64,000 nucleotides of DNA from a bacterium ADurb.Bin236. Its GTDB lineage: Bacteria; UBP15; UBA6099. Position 1 is the first letter of the stretch. Each line of letters starts with the position of its first letter. This document shows positions 1-10,418 of the stretch, in pieces. A program made the position numbers and the translations under genes. The notes beneath the pieces are model-generated. The model saw nothing but the letters and a program-made list of their open reading frames with translations, did not search any database and had not been told where the DNA came from. The stretch is taken from contig MWCD01000001.1 in assembly GCA_002069885.1 (NCBI GenBank), positions 67,795-131,794 of the forward strand, given 5' to 3'.

Positions 1-494
1 GCCGTGTCATATGCAAAAAAACCGCTGTGGCCGGATATATAAATATCGTTTTTGATTCTAACTAGTTCAATTGCGCTTTTAAGACCTTCGAATATATCCG
101 GGCCGGCATGGGACCAACGATTGGATATTGTGTCCAGCCTTAAAAGACCGTTCCCGCCTGTTCCGATGTAGACAATGTCGCCGACCGGCTCGACGTCATG
201 TATCTCAAGTTTCTTATACGCGCCCCCCGCATCATATATCGACCATTTGCCGGTCTCAGGTTTCAATCGAGCCAGACCGAACCCCCTCAGCCCGAACCAG
301 ACACATCCTCCTTCGAATTTGACTGAATCAACGTACATGTTCCCAATTGAATCGGGAGGAGAGGGCAGGGGCTTTTCAACTGCCCATTCCGGGCGAACTG
401 CCTCATATTTTATCTCATATTCCGCAGGTTTTTTATCCCTTCGGCAGCCGGACAACGACATTGACGATAATAGGGATATTGCGATAGAAAACAT
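1..494 (-). CDS. Putative lipoprotein, 3' part only (the gene continues past the window start)
   Basis: The reverse-strand reading frame is open from an ATG at 494..492 to position 1 with no stop. The N-terminus MFSIAISLLSSMSLSGC is a lipoprotein-type signal ending in a lipobox-like SGC. The downstream sequence is Gly/Trp-rich and repeat-like, suggesting beta-propeller blades. The ORF track omitted it because there is no stop codon inside the window. Confidence 0.45.
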   Translation of the reverse strand, partial: MFSIAISLLSSMSLSGCRRDKKPAEYEIKYEAVRPEWAVEKPLPSPPDSIGNMYVDSVKFEGGCVWFGLRGFGLARLKPETGKWSIYDAGGAYKKLEIHDVEPVGDIVYIGTGGNGLLRLDTISNRWSHAGPDIFEGLKSAIELVRIKNDIYISGHSGFFAYDT

Positions 495-859
495 TGCTAT
501 CGCCGTTTTTCTTCGATTTAATATTAAATATTCGGAAAGACTTTGATCTGCCTCGCTTTTGTGAAAAACGACAAACTTTCTAGCTTTTCGAATATTTTCG
601 TTTTTAATTCCCACTTGTGTCATATCGCTTTGGTTGCTATTCAGATTTAGTGTATGTTATCACAAATTAGTGACAATATGATAGATATTCATTATTTTAT
701 TAATCCTGTCAGTTTATGTGCCGTAACGTGATTCCACTCCGACCCGAAATATTGTCACAATTCTAATCATGCGGGAATGCTCAATCAACGTCCCACGTCC
801 ATTGTTGACCATGACCACATATATTGATAATATTCAGTATATTTAAAGGAGGCGCACCT

Positions 860-1675
860 ATGGATTGGGGCATGAAGAACAGGATATCGAAGATTATCAG
901 GCCGGAAACCGGCAGAGCGGTTATGCTGGCTGTGGATCACGGATATTTTCTCGGGCCTACGCGCGACTTGGAAGTTTTGAAAAAGACGATTTCTCCCTTG
1001 ATCACATACGCTGATTCTCTGATGCTGACGCGCGGCGCGCTGCGCTCGTCAGTTGACAGCCAAACAACTACGCCAATTGTCCTGCGCGTGTCGGGCGGCT
1101 CAAGCGTCATAGGCGAAAGCCTAGCGAATGAGGGCTTGATTACTTCGATGGAAGACGCAATACGGCTGAACGCCGTGGCCGTGGCCATTTCCATCTTTGT
1201 CGGCACGCAGTATGAAAAACAGAATCTGCTGAACATGGCGGAACTGGTGAATCAGGGCGAGAGGGTGGGCGTGCCGGTGCTGGCAGTAACCGCCGTAGGC
1301 AAGGAACTCGGAAAGAGAGATCAGCGGTTCCTGTCGCTCTCATGCAGGATAGCCGCCGAACTAGGCGCGCGGATAGTGAAAACTTACTACTGCGACGGTT
1401 TCGAGAAGGTTGCCTCGACATGTCCGGTTCCGTGCGTTATAGCTGGAGGGCCGAAGCTGGAAACGGAGTTGGACGCGTTCGAGATGACTTATAACGCCAT
1501 CAAGAAGGGCGCTGTCGGCGTGGACATGGGCAGAAACATCTGGCAGAACCCGAAACCTGTGGCGATGATAAAGGCGATTCGAGCCATCGTTCACGAGAAT
1601 ATGAAACCGCAGGAAGCGCTCAAGCTGTACGAGTGCGAAAAGAACTTGAAGAAGTCTGCGGCGAAAAAGAAATAA
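860..1675 (+). CDS. Class I aldolase of the DhnA/FbaB archaeal type (DeoC/LacD superfamily)
   Basis: The N-terminus MKNRISKIIRPETGRAVMLAVDHG matches the Schiff-base aldolase family. An AAGGAGG RBS lies 7 nt upstream of the ATG at 860. Length is about 270 aa. Confidence 0.75.
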   Translation: MDWGMKNRISKIIRPETGRAVMLAVDHGYFLGPTRDLEVLKKTISPLITYADSLMLTRGALRSSVDSQTTTPIVLRVSGGSSVIGESLANEGLITSMEDAIRLNAVAVAISIFVGTQYEKQNLLNMAELVNQGERVGVPVLAVTAVGKELGKRDQRFLSLSCRIAAELGARIVKTYYCDGFEKVASTCPVPCVIAGGPKLETELDAFEMTYNAIKKGAVGVDMGRNIWQNPKPVAMIKAIRAIVHENMKPQEALKLYECEKNLKKSAAKKK

Positions 1676-1742
1676 AGTTTTGCTCTAAATCTCGCGCGGG
1701 CGCAACTCTCGTTGGCGAAAACTTGAATCGTGAGGCGGCAAA

Positions 1743-2771
1743 TTGCGCGTCGCTATGTACTACAACAACAATGACGTCAGGGTCGAGGAAGCCTGCGTTC
1801 CTGAAATCGGCGCAGGCGACCTTCTCGTCCGCATAGAGGCGAGCGGGGTTTGCGGCAGCGACGCGATGGAGTGGTACAGAATCAAGAAAGCGCCCATTGT
1901 GCTCGGACACGAAATCGCGGGCGAGGTGGTGGCGGTCGGAGAAAATGTGGTTGGGTTTGCTGTCGGCGACCGCGTCTGCGCCATCCATCACGTGCCATGC
2001 GGAATCTGCCACTATTGCTTGAAAGGGCATCATTCGGCGTGCGACTTGTTGCGCTCAACCAGATTCGATCCCGGCGGTTTTGCTGAATATGTCAGAGTTC
2101 CCGAAGTCAATATAAAGAACGGCGGAGTGGTGAAACTTCCTGAAGGAATGACTTACGAGGAGGGAACTTTCATCGAGCCTGTGTCCTGCGTCGTAAGGGG
2201 GCAGAAGCAAGCTGGTCTCGATCCCGGAGACAGCGTTTTTGTCATCGGCAGCGGTATATCAGGGCTGCTGCACATAAAGCTCGCCTGCGCGCTCGGAGCG
2301 GGCAGGGTGTTTGCCGCAGACATTAACCCGTTCAGAATAAACGCCGCGCTCGGATGCGGGGCGGACGCCGCTATCGATGCGCGGGAGGATTTGCCCGCGT
2401 GGCTGCGTTCCGCCAATGAAGGCCGGCTCGCCGATATCGTTATCGTGTGCGCGGGTTCGTCAGACGCCATGCGCGCAGCTCTTCTCTGCGTGGGGCGCGG
2501 CGGAACCGTTCTCTTTTTCGCTCCCTCCTCTCCGGGAGAAACTATCCCGGTGTCGGTGAACGACCTTTGGCCCAACGAAATCACTCTCACAACAAGTTAT
2601 GCGGGAAACGCCTGCGACATCGCTCAAGCGACGGAGTTGATCCGCGCGCGCAGGATTTCCGTCGAAGACCTGATAACTCATCGCTTGCCATTGAGCGACA
2701 CGGGAAAAGGGTTCAGATTGGTGGCGGGCGCGGAGGAGTCGATAAAGGTGATTATAGAGCCGCAGAAATGA
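1743..2771 (+). CDS. Zn-dependent alcohol dehydrogenase (MDR family, threonine/sorbitol dehydrogenase-like)
   Basis: The protein carries GVCGSD and GHEIAGEV zinc-binding motifs and a Rossmann GxGxxG (VIGSGISG). The start is probably TTG at 1743, with a GAGGCGG SD 5-6 nt upstream. An alternative ATG lies at 1755. Confidence 0.8.
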   Translation: MRVAMYYNNNDVRVEEACVPEIGAGDLLVRIEASGVCGSDAMEWYRIKKAPIVLGHEIAGEVVAVGENVVGFAVGDRVCAIHHVPCGICHYCLKGHHSACDLLRSTRFDPGGFAEYVRVPEVNIKNGGVVKLPEGMTYEEGTFIEPVSCVVRGQKQAGLDPGDSVFVIGSGISGLLHIKLACALGAGRVFAADINPFRINAALGCGADAAIDAREDLPAWLRSANEGRLADIVIVCAGSSDAMRAALLCVGRGGTVLFFAPSSPGETIPVSVNDLWPNEITLTTSYAGNACDIAQATELIRARRISVEDLITHRLPLSDTGKGFRLVAGAEESIKVIIEPQK

Positions 2772-2843
2772 CTGCCGCGATATGAATGAAGCGCTTAAAT
2801 CTCGCGCCGATTAAATCGAAAACTTAAGAAAGAAGGCATAGAG

Positions 2844-3467
2844 ATGAACGACGAAGTGAAAGAAATTCCGGTAGGCGAAAAGATAAAGAAACTTAGAGAG
2901 GAAAAGGGCGTTTCGCTGCAGGAATTCGCGGAAAAATCCGGCTTCTCGTCCGCGCTCCTCTCACAGATCGAAAATCACATGGTGTCGCCGCCGCTAGGCA
3001 CTCTCATTAAACTGTCGAAAGCGCTCGGCGTGGAAATCGGCTATTTCTTCGAGGATGTTCGGGATGCCCCTTATACGCTTGTAAGGCACAACGAGAGGAA
3101 GAACATCTCCCGCGTCGCCTCTAAGATGGGCAAGAAATATGGATATTCTTACGAGTCCCTAGCTTTCGACAAAAAGGGCAGGCACATGGAGCCTTTCCTC
3201 GTCACGCTGGAACCCTCGACGGTCAAAGACCAGCACCTGTACTCGCACGAAGGCGAGGAATTCATTTTCGTCCTAGAAGGAAAGATGAGCGTCCAACTTG
3301 CGGATCATACCGACATTCTCGAACCCGGCGACAGCATATATTTCGACTCGATTATGCCGCACCGCGTCGAATGCGTTGACGATAAGGAAACGATTATCGT
3401 CGCCGTGATCTACGCCGGGAAAGAAGTTGAGAAAGGCGTTCTCGGCGAGGAAAAAAGCGACGACTGA
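2844..3467 (+). CDS. XRE-family HTH transcriptional regulator with a C-terminal cupin domain
   Basis: An N-terminal HTH_3 motif (LREEKGVSLQEFAEKSGFSSALLSQIEN) is followed by a cupin-like C-terminal half (GEEFIFVLEG). Confidence 0.8.
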   Translation: MNDEVKEIPVGEKIKKLREEKGVSLQEFAEKSGFSSALLSQIENHMVSPPLGTLIKLSKALGVEIGYFFEDVRDAPYTLVRHNERKNISRVASKMGKKYGYSYESLAFDKKGRHMEPFLVTLEPSTVKDQHLYSHEGEEFIFVLEGKMSVQLADHTDILEPGDSIYFDSIMPHRVECVDDKETIIVAVIYAGKEVEKGVLGEEKSDD

Positions 3468-3573
3468 CAACTGCTTGGTTTCGCCGCGAATTGTTTAACT
3501 GACAGCTTTGGTTATTTCGACCCGGCGTGAAAGTTGCACATAGATGTCTCAATCATAATATGCGGAGATAAAA

Positions 3574-4755
3574 ATGGCGGGAGCTTTGAAGGGCGTTAGG
3601 GTTTTGGACTTGTCGAGGTTGTTGCCCGGACCGTACTGCACGATGATGATGGCGGACATGGGCGCGGAGGTCGTCAAGGTGGAAGACCCTCAGCAGGGCG
3701 ACTACCTGAGATGGATTCCTCCTTATATCGACGGCGCGGGCGCTATGTTTCTTGCTCTGAACCGGAACAAGAAAAGCGTGACGTTGGACTTGAAGGATAA
3801 TCGCGGACGAGAGATATTTTTCGAACTTGTTAAGAAATTCGACGTTGTGGTGGAAAGCTTCAGGCCCGGCGTGATGTCCAAGCTCGGCGTGGACTACGCT
3901 ACAGCGGAGAAAATCAATCCGAGGATTATTTATTGTTCGCTTGCCGGGTATGGACAGAATGGGCCTTACGCTTCATTCGCCGGGCATGACATCAATTTCA
4001 TCGGGTATTCCGGAGCCTTGGATTTGACAGGTCTGAAGAAAGGAAAGCCAGTTCCTCCGGGCGTTCAAATAGGCGACATCGGGGGCGCTTTGAACGCGCT
4101 GATAGGCATTCAGGCGGCTCTAATCGAACGCGCCGCTAGCGGGCGCGGGCAGAGCGTGGACGTCGCTCTAGCCGACGCCGCTTTCTGCATGTTGCCGATG
4201 GCAGTGTCCGGGATCGAGGCCGGAGCGCCTCCAGAACGCAGGGGCGAAGCTCATCTTACAGGCGGCATCCCGGTCTATAACACTTACGAAACTTCCGACG
4301 GAAAATATATCTGTATCGGAGCCATCGAGCCGAAATTCTTCAATAAATTCTGCGCCTTAATCGGTCGCCCGGATTTGATCCCTCTTCATTTTGCGGAAGG
4401 CGAAAAAAAGGACTTTCTCAGAATGGAGTTGGAAAATATTTTTATCAGCAAAACGCGCGCCGAGTGGCTCTCCTTGCTCGAATCTCAGGATGTATGCGTC
4501 GGGCCTGTGAACAATTTGGAAGAGGCGCTCGAAGACCCTCAGCTAGTTTCCAGAGGCCTTATCGTGCAAGTCCCTCTTGCTTCTGGGAAAACTATGAGAC
4601 AGGTCGGCATTCCTTTTAAGTTGTCTCGTTCTTCGACAGAAAAGCCGTCTCCGCCGCCCGCCATCGGAGCGGACAACGAGGAGATATTCGCAGAGGCCGG
4701 AGTTACTCTTGAAGAAATACGAACACTCAAGGAAAAGGGCATAATACGGAAGTGA
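3574..4755 (+). CDS. CoA-transferase family III (CaiB/BaiF/alpha-methylacyl-CoA racemase-like)
   Basis: The N-terminus LKGVRVLDLSRLLPGPYCTMMMADMGAEVVKVE is the family III CoA-transferase signature. Length is 393 aa. Confidence 0.8.
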   Translation: MAGALKGVRVLDLSRLLPGPYCTMMMADMGAEVVKVEDPQQGDYLRWIPPYIDGAGAMFLALNRNKKSVTLDLKDNRGREIFFELVKKFDVVVESFRPGVMSKLGVDYATAEKINPRIIYCSLAGYGQNGPYASFAGHDINFIGYSGALDLTGLKKGKPVPPGVQIGDIGGALNALIGIQAALIERAASGRGQSVDVALADAAFCMLPMAVSGIEAGAPPERRGEAHLTGGIPVYNTYETSDGKYICIGAIEPKFFNKFCALIGRPDLIPLHFAEGEKKDFLRMELENIFISKTRAEWLSLLESQDVCVGPVNNLEEALEDPQLVSRGLIVQVPLASGKTMRQVGIPFKLSRSSTEKPSPPPAIGADNEEIFAEAGVTLEEIRTLKEKGIIRK

Positions 4756-4763
4756 GAATTGCG

Positions 4764-5819
4764 ATGAATAAAAAATTTTTAATCATAACGGCTGTTATTG
4801 CGGCTTTTTCGGCGGCGTTTTTTTTCCACGCGACTACCGCGTTTTCTAAAAAGAAACAGACTACGGTCAAAATAGGCTCTTTCGTGACGCCGCAAAGCGT
4901 ATGGGGAAAAACTGTCGCAAAAACAATCAAGAATATAGAAAAACGAACGGACGGAGAGATTAAGATAACACACCTTCATTCGGGAACGCTCGGCAGCGGA
5001 AAAAATATGCTGGATCAGGTTATTATAGGAGGGATTCAGGGCGCGGGAGTGGACACCGCAACGCTTGCCTCGATAGTCCCGGGAGTGAACATCATCGAGT
5101 TGCCGTTCCTGTTCGAAAACCACGACGAAGCGTACTACCTTTTAGACAATGTGATATCGCCAGTCTTGAAAAAGAAATTCGATGAAAAGGGGCTAGTCAC
5201 ATCGGCTATCATGGAAACTGGATTCATGGATTTTGTGATGAGCGGCCCTGTGAGGAAACCGGAAGATTTGAAATCAATGAAAATCGGCTCATGGGAAAGT
5301 CCGGTTCACATCGCTTTCTGGAAGTCGCAGGGGGCCTCGCCGATTCCGATCCCGGCAACGGAGGTTTTCAACGCCTACGCGAGAGGGATGGTGGACAGCG
5401 GAGCGAACTCCGCCAACGCGCTCATAGCGTGGGACAAATTGTTCGGAACCGGGTTGAAGAGGGACAAGATATTCATAACGCGCTCCGCGTTCACATATCA
5501 GGCGGGAATTCTCGTTATTAACAAAAAATTCTACAATTCTCTGGACTCTGATTCGCGCGACATATTGATGTCGGAACTTGATTCGATGACAGGCGTTCTT
5601 CGCTCCCAGTTGCGGCGTTCGGAACCGGAGGCTCTTAAAAAACTAGCCTCCATAGGATACAACGTCGGAGAGATATCCGACAAGGAAAAAGCAGTGTTCG
5701 AAAAGAATTCAAAGAAAGTATATTCAGAGATGAGAAATGTTATCGGCGGAAGTTTCCTCGACAGCGTATTGTCGGCTAGGGAAGCGTACCGTTCCGGAAA
5801 GAAAAGGCCGGTCAAATGA
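4764..5819 (+). CDS. TRAP-type transporter periplasmic solute-binding protein (DctP family), orphan
   Basis: There is a signal peptide, and the ELPFLF motif is typical of the DctP family. No DctQ/DctM permease genes are adjacent. The start is an ATG at 4764, with a GTG alternative at 4752. Confidence 0.65.
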   Translation: MNKKFLIITAVIAAFSAAFFFHATTAFSKKKQTTVKIGSFVTPQSVWGKTVAKTIKNIEKRTDGEIKITHLHSGTLGSGKNMLDQVIIGGIQGAGVDTATLASIVPGVNIIELPFLFENHDEAYYLLDNVISPVLKKKFDEKGLVTSAIMETGFMDFVMSGPVRKPEDLKSMKIGSWESPVHIAFWKSQGASPIPIPATEVFNAYARGMVDSGANSANALIAWDKLFGTGLKRDKIFITRSAFTYQAGILVINKKFYNSLDSDSRDILMSELDSMTGVLRSQLRRSEPEALKKLASIGYNVGEISDKEKAVFEKNSKKVYSEMRNVIGGSFLDSVLSAREAYRSGKKRPVK

Positions 5820-6937
5820 CACACGGCGGGAAGATGAGCGCGGCGGACAACAACATTTTGCTGGAGCTGCTCGGAGCGGCGATTAAATCCAAACACGTCG
5901 CCATAATCGTTCACAACAATCCCGACCCAGATTCAATCGCGTCCGCGTTCGGATTGTCATTGTTGATTAAACGCAAGTTCAAGGCCGAAGCAAAGATTTT
6001 CTACGGCGGTATTATAGGCAGAGCGGAAAACCGCGCGATGGTTCGCGAGTTGTGCATCCCCATGAACAGTTTTGACAAGCTTGATATGCGGATTTTTCGG
6101 ACGATCGCGATGGTGGACACTCAACCTTCGGCAGGCAACAACCAGCTCCCGTCGAAAATCATCCCCGACATTGTGATTGACCACCACCTGCCTGTTAGAA
6201 AACAAACTCACAAAGCGGCGTTCAAGGATGTGCGAGACACTACGGGAGCCACTTCGACGATTGTTCTTGGGTATCTTCGCGCGGCGGACATAAAAATAAA
6301 CACAAATCTGGCGACGGCTCTATTCTACGGAATCAAGACCGACACTTACGACCTCGGAAGGGATTTTATAAAAGACGACACGGAAGCGTACAAGTTTCTT
6401 CTCGAAAAGATAAGCCGCGCAAAACTGGGCAGAATCGAAAGGCCTCTGCATGACCGCGAATACTTCGCTAAGTTGCACGAGGCTCTGGAGAACGCGGTCG
6501 TCGCCGACGATGTCGTGACAACGGTGATAAGAAACCTCGAATCGCCTGACATCGCCGCCGAAGTGGCCGATTGGCTTTACACTCTGAAATCGGCAAAATG
6601 GGCGGTTGCTATCGGAGCGATGCGGGATAGAATTCATATCTCAATCAGAACACGCGAGAAAAAAAGAAACGCGGCGTCGGTGATAAGAAAAATCGTAGGC
6701 GCGAGGGGCGTCGCAGGCGGACACGGACAGATTGCCGGCGGCATCGTGTTTCCGTCCAAACACGACAATGATTCAATCGAGACGGAAATTGCGAAAACGA
6801 TAGACAGGATACGAGCCGCAATTATCAGGAAAGAGGCTTTTGCGGCGCATCCGTTGATTGAGAAGCGCGCCAAGTCCGGCGCCGGCTCTCTGAGCGGAAA
6901 TGAAACAACGGCGAAAAAGAAAGGCGACCCGGCATGA
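5816..6937 (+). CDS. DHH-family phosphoesterase (NrnA-like, DHH/DHHA1)
   Basis: The protein has NPDPDS and DHHLP motifs. Its start overlaps the upstream stop (ATGA). Confidence 0.7.
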   Translation: MTHGGKMSAADNNILLELLGAAIKSKHVAIIVHNNPDPDSIASAFGLSLLIKRKFKAEAKIFYGGIIGRAENRAMVRELCIPMNSFDKLDMRIFRTIAMVDTQPSAGNNQLPSKIIPDIVIDHHLPVRKQTHKAAFKDVRDTTGATSTIVLGYLRAADIKINTNLATALFYGIKTDTYDLGRDFIKDDTEAYKFLLEKISRAKLGRIERPLHDREYFAKLHEALENAVVADDVVTTVIRNLESPDIAAEVADWLYTLKSAKWAVAIGAMRDRIHISIRTREKKRNAASVIRKIVGARGVAGGHGQIAGGIVFPSKHDNDSIETEIAKTIDRIRAAIIRKEAFAAHPLIEKRAKSGAGSLSGNETTAKKKGDPA

Positions 6938-7941
6938 AATCATTGGTTTACAGAGGCAAGCTCGGATTGGTTTGCGAAGAGACTCCGAAACCAGCGCCCG
7001 CTCCGGGACAAGTATTATTGCGGATAAGCAATTGCGGAATTTGCGGCAGCGACTTGTTTCTTTTTAAGAACGGCATTCTCAGAGACGGAACGGTAATGGG
7101 ACACGAATTAAGCGGAGTGGTCGAGGAGCTAGGAGAGGGCGCGTCCGGTTGCAAACCCGGCGATAAAGTAATCGCCCGGCCTCAAGGGTGCGGCGAATGC
7201 AAGTGGTGTCTCGAACGCAAAGAGAATATTTGCACCAAGAGGCGGTCAATCGGGCTTGGAGGCAGACCCGGCGGATTCGCGGAATTCATGGTCGCCGATT
7301 CGGATATGATTATTCACACGCCGGAAGGGCTGCCTCTTGAACAGGCATGCATGGCGGATCAGTTCGGTTCAGCGTTGCACGGGATGAATGCGGTCGGTTT
7401 CAGGAAAGGCGAGAAGGTTCTTGTAACAGGAGCGGGGCCGATAGGTCTGAGCGCCATAATCCTTCTTAAACATAAAGGCGCTTCCAAAGTCGTCGTGTTC
7501 GACCCTGACGAAAGCCGCGCTTCCACGGCGCTGGAGTTCGGCGCGGACGCCGCTGTATCAGCCGGCTCTATTCAATCAGTCGCCAGAGATCATTTCGGCG
7601 GTGACGGCCCGGATTGCATTCTGGAATGCTCCGGGAATTCAAAAGCCGTCGAGGCTTCTATCCAGACGGCTCCATTCGGCGGCAGAATAGGGCTTGTCGG
7701 CATGGCCTCCGCTCCGGCGACGTTCATACCGATGCTGGTCTTCCAGAAGCATCTCACGATTATCGGCTGCTTCGGCAACACTCAGGACGAATGCAGGGAA
7801 TGCATGGATATCATGGCAGCAGGCGCTCCGGCGGGCAAACTTATAACTAAAATGGTTTCAATCGAACAACTCCCAGCGGCTTTCGACGAACTGCTCAAAT
7901 CTAAAGAGCAGACGAAAATCGTTATGGACGCTTCTTTATGA
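6934..7941 (+). CDS. Zn-dependent alcohol dehydrogenase (MDR family), second copy
   Basis: The protein carries GICGSD and GHELSGVV motifs and a Rossmann VTGAGPIG. It overlaps the upstream gene by 4 nt. Confidence 0.8.
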   Translation: MKSLVYRGKLGLVCEETPKPAPAPGQVLLRISNCGICGSDLFLFKNGILRDGTVMGHELSGVVEELGEGASGCKPGDKVIARPQGCGECKWCLERKENICTKRRSIGLGGRPGGFAEFMVADSDMIIHTPEGLPLEQACMADQFGSALHGMNAVGFRKGEKVLVTGAGPIGLSAIILLKHKGASKVVVFDPDESRASTALEFGADAAVSAGSIQSVARDHFGGDGPDCILECSGNSKAVEASIQTAPFGGRIGLVGMASAPATFIPMLVFQKHLTIIGCFGNTQDECRECMDIMAAGAPAGKLITKMVSIEQLPAAFDELLKSKEQTKIVMDASL

Positions 7942-7968
7942 TGTTTTTGATTATTTCGGCGGGAATAA

Positions 7969-10041
7969 CTAACGAAGAATATCTTTGATACGGTTTTTGA
8001 CGGCGTCCTTCAGTTTCTCGCCATCTCCGGCATCCTTGTTTTCAGAGGAAGAACCGGCAAGCTTCTGTTTTGCCTTATCCAATAGTTTATCCGCTTCTTT
8101 GTTAATAAGTCTTTCAGCCTCGCCTCTAAGCAGTCGTTCGACATCCCAATAAACTTTCGGATCGTTTACGTTTCCGGTCACGTCGAAAGATGTTTCGATA
8201 TCTTTAAGTTCAGAAAGTTTTCCGAGTTTTGAAGCGACCGGTTTGAAATCTTTAATAGTTTTCAGCACGGCGGGCGGCAGAGAGGCTGTGGCCCTGAGAT
8301 TGAGGTCGCCGTTGAAACCTATCGCTCCGGCGACATCAGCGTTTATCATCGGCGACCTCAAGGCGGCGCGATTGATGCCGACGGTTTCGTTGCCGACATG
8401 AAACTGTCCGTCGAAAGAATGAAAACTGAATTTGGAAAGATTAAGGTCAGCCGGCATCGAGATGGAATCGACGTCGTATGGATTCGCAACGATACCGGCA
8501 AAGATGGAAATAGCGGCGTCCGCATTCAATTTGCGGAGAGAGTCGGAGCGTCCGTTAACGCGGGCCGACGCTGCGAACTCGCCGGACAGAGTCCCCGCAA
8601 AACTTGGGTTGTGTTTGAGAACTTCTCCGATGTTTTTCGAATTGGCAACGATGGAGAAATCATAGCGCGCGGGAGATGCGGGCGTGTTTGTTAGAGCGTC
8701 AATCGTGTACTTTATCCAGCCTGCCGCCGAAGCGGTTAACGCCGCTCCGTCCAGTTTGACGGAATCTATGATAATGTCAGGCTGTTTGTGCCTTGCGGAA
8801 ACTGTCAATGTCTTAAAAGGGATATCCGCCCATGTCCCTTGTCCGCCGCGCAGGGCGGGGGAGGGGTATCTGATTGAGCCTTCTTTCACTGTTGCGGATG
8901 CGTGGGCGGATAAAGCGCTCCATTCGTTTGCTGAGCCTTCGAGCGCGATTGTTCCGTCCGCCACTCCGAGAAGAACCTTCGGAGCGTCAGGCGCTAGCGC
9001 CGCCGCAAGCGCGTCCGGGTATATTCCGGCAAATGAAATCTCGGACGAAAACGCGCGCGATGCGTCCGCTCCGAGTGTGCCGGTCGCGTCTAAAGACGCT
9101 TCTGACGATTCCACAGACGCATTGAACGACGCGCCGCCTCGATTCATTTTTATTGCCGCGACGCCCGCTCCTAAATCGTGTTCCAACGCGCGAAGCTTCT
9201 TCATGTCGGCTTTGAATTCGAGATCGGGAGACACTAAATCTCCATTAATGGCGGCAGACAGTTTTGCGTCGCCGCTGATTTTGAGTTTTTTGATTATCTC
9301 TGCGTCTATAAACGCCGCCAAAGCCGCCGGAGGCTTAGACAATTCAATCGTGTCGGTCTCAATGTTGAAACGCACAGCAGCGCCGCCGGCGCTCTGTTTT
9401 ACTTTCCCCTTCGCGTTTGTTTGAACGCCTTCAATGTCGGCGTTCATCCTGACGGAGGTTTCCGCAAGAGTCGAATCCTTGCCTTTCGAAATCAATAACG
9501 CATTAATGTTCGTCGCGCTGATGGCGACCGCGTCAGCGGAATCTCTATTTATTGTCGCCATGACATCGCCGTCTTGGATAGTAATCTTATTTATTAAAAC
9601 CGAAGGGCCTTTAGGTTTCGGCGCGGTATCGGAAAACGATTCGATTATGTCGTCAATGTCGCTATGACCTGCCTCGTCGATATTTATTGAGACGCTCGGA
9701 CGGACCAGATTGACTCTCGACACGGTTATTCTGCCTCTAAGCAAATCTCTGAAACTTATCCTGAATCTCATCGCGTCAATCTTTACAGCGTCCTGCTTGC
9801 CCGGTTCCGCCGACGCCACAGTAATATGCCTGACTGAGAACCCGGTAAAAGGGTTGCCGCCGAGATTTCCGGCGGAGACGTCCCGGCCAATCCTTTCCGA
9901 GGCGGCCTTCAGCATGTGGTTTTTAAGCTTCTCAGCAGGCGACTGAGCCAGAATTGTGGCGACCACGAAAAGAACGGCGAGAGAAAATGATGAAACAATG
10001 ATTGCCGTGCGATTCTTTTTTATTGCGGTCTTTATGTTCAT
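7969..10041 (-). CDS. AsmA-family outer-membrane assembly protein
   Basis: An N-terminal TM anchor is followed by a long beta-rich AsmA-like region (RISFRDLLRGRITVSRVNLVRPSVSINIDE). Length is 690 aa. Confidence 0.7.
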   Translation of the reverse strand: MNIKTAIKKNRTAIIVSSFSLAVLFVVATILAQSPAEKLKNHMLKAASERIGRDVSAGNLGGNPFTGFSVRHITVASAEPGKQDAVKIDAMRFRISFRDLLRGRITVSRVNLVRPSVSINIDEAGHSDIDDIIESFSDTAPKPKGPSVLINKITIQDGDVMATINRDSADAVAISATNINALLISKGKDSTLAETSVRMNADIEGVQTNAKGKVKQSAGGAAVRFNIETDTIELSKPPAALAAFIDAEIIKKLKISGDAKLSAAINGDLVSPDLEFKADMKKLRALEHDLGAGVAAIKMNRGGASFNASVESSEASLDATGTLGADASRAFSSEISFAGIYPDALAAALAPDAPKVLLGVADGTIALEGSANEWSALSAHASATVKEGSIRYPSPALRGGQGTWADIPFKTLTVSARHKQPDIIIDSVKLDGAALTASAAGWIKYTIDALTNTPASPARYDFSIVANSKNIGEVLKHNPSFAGTLSGEFAASARVNGRSDSLRKLNADAAISIFAGIVANPYDVDSISMPADLNLSKFSFHSFDGQFHVGNETVGINRAALRSPMINADVAGAIGFNGDLNLRATASLPPAVLKTIKDFKPVASKLGKLSELKDIETSFDVTGNVNDPKVYWDVERLLRGEAERLINKEADKLLDKAKQKLAGSSSENKDAGDGEKLKDAVKNRIKDILR

Positions 10042-10418
10042 CCTAATCCTGCTTCGAATAAGCGTGCCTGTATGACTTCATTATAATTATTAGGAATCGA
10101 TTAACACAACAGACAAACTCATTAACAAATCCACTTTTACAGATATCGGTGAAAGTGATTTTTGATAGCCAACAAGCAGGGGAAGACAGCGTCGCTACAG
10201 ACAGAAGCCTGAACGAGGCTGTGCAAGAATATTATACAACGTCGCATAATATATATTATGTTGCTTTTGCGCGTTGCGGCAAAATAGCCATTTATGCCTT
10301 TGTTAATAACGATATTTGTTTGTACAAGTTTGGAATAAGTGTTTATTCCTCAATATTTACATGAATTATGTTTCTCTGTCGCATTACTCCGCACATCTTT
10401 AGTATTATGATGCGTTTC

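Noticed and set aside
8684-9424. 246-aa plus-strand ORF antisense to the AsmA gene
   Set aside because: It is an overlapping-frame artefact of a GC-rich region. The AsmA frame is continuous and shows the family features.
10149-10364. 71-aa plus-strand ORF in the AT-rich spacer
   Set aside because: It has no RBS and an AT-rich, low-complexity composition (Tyr/Ile/Asn-rich). It contains the hairpin. It is more likely non-coding.
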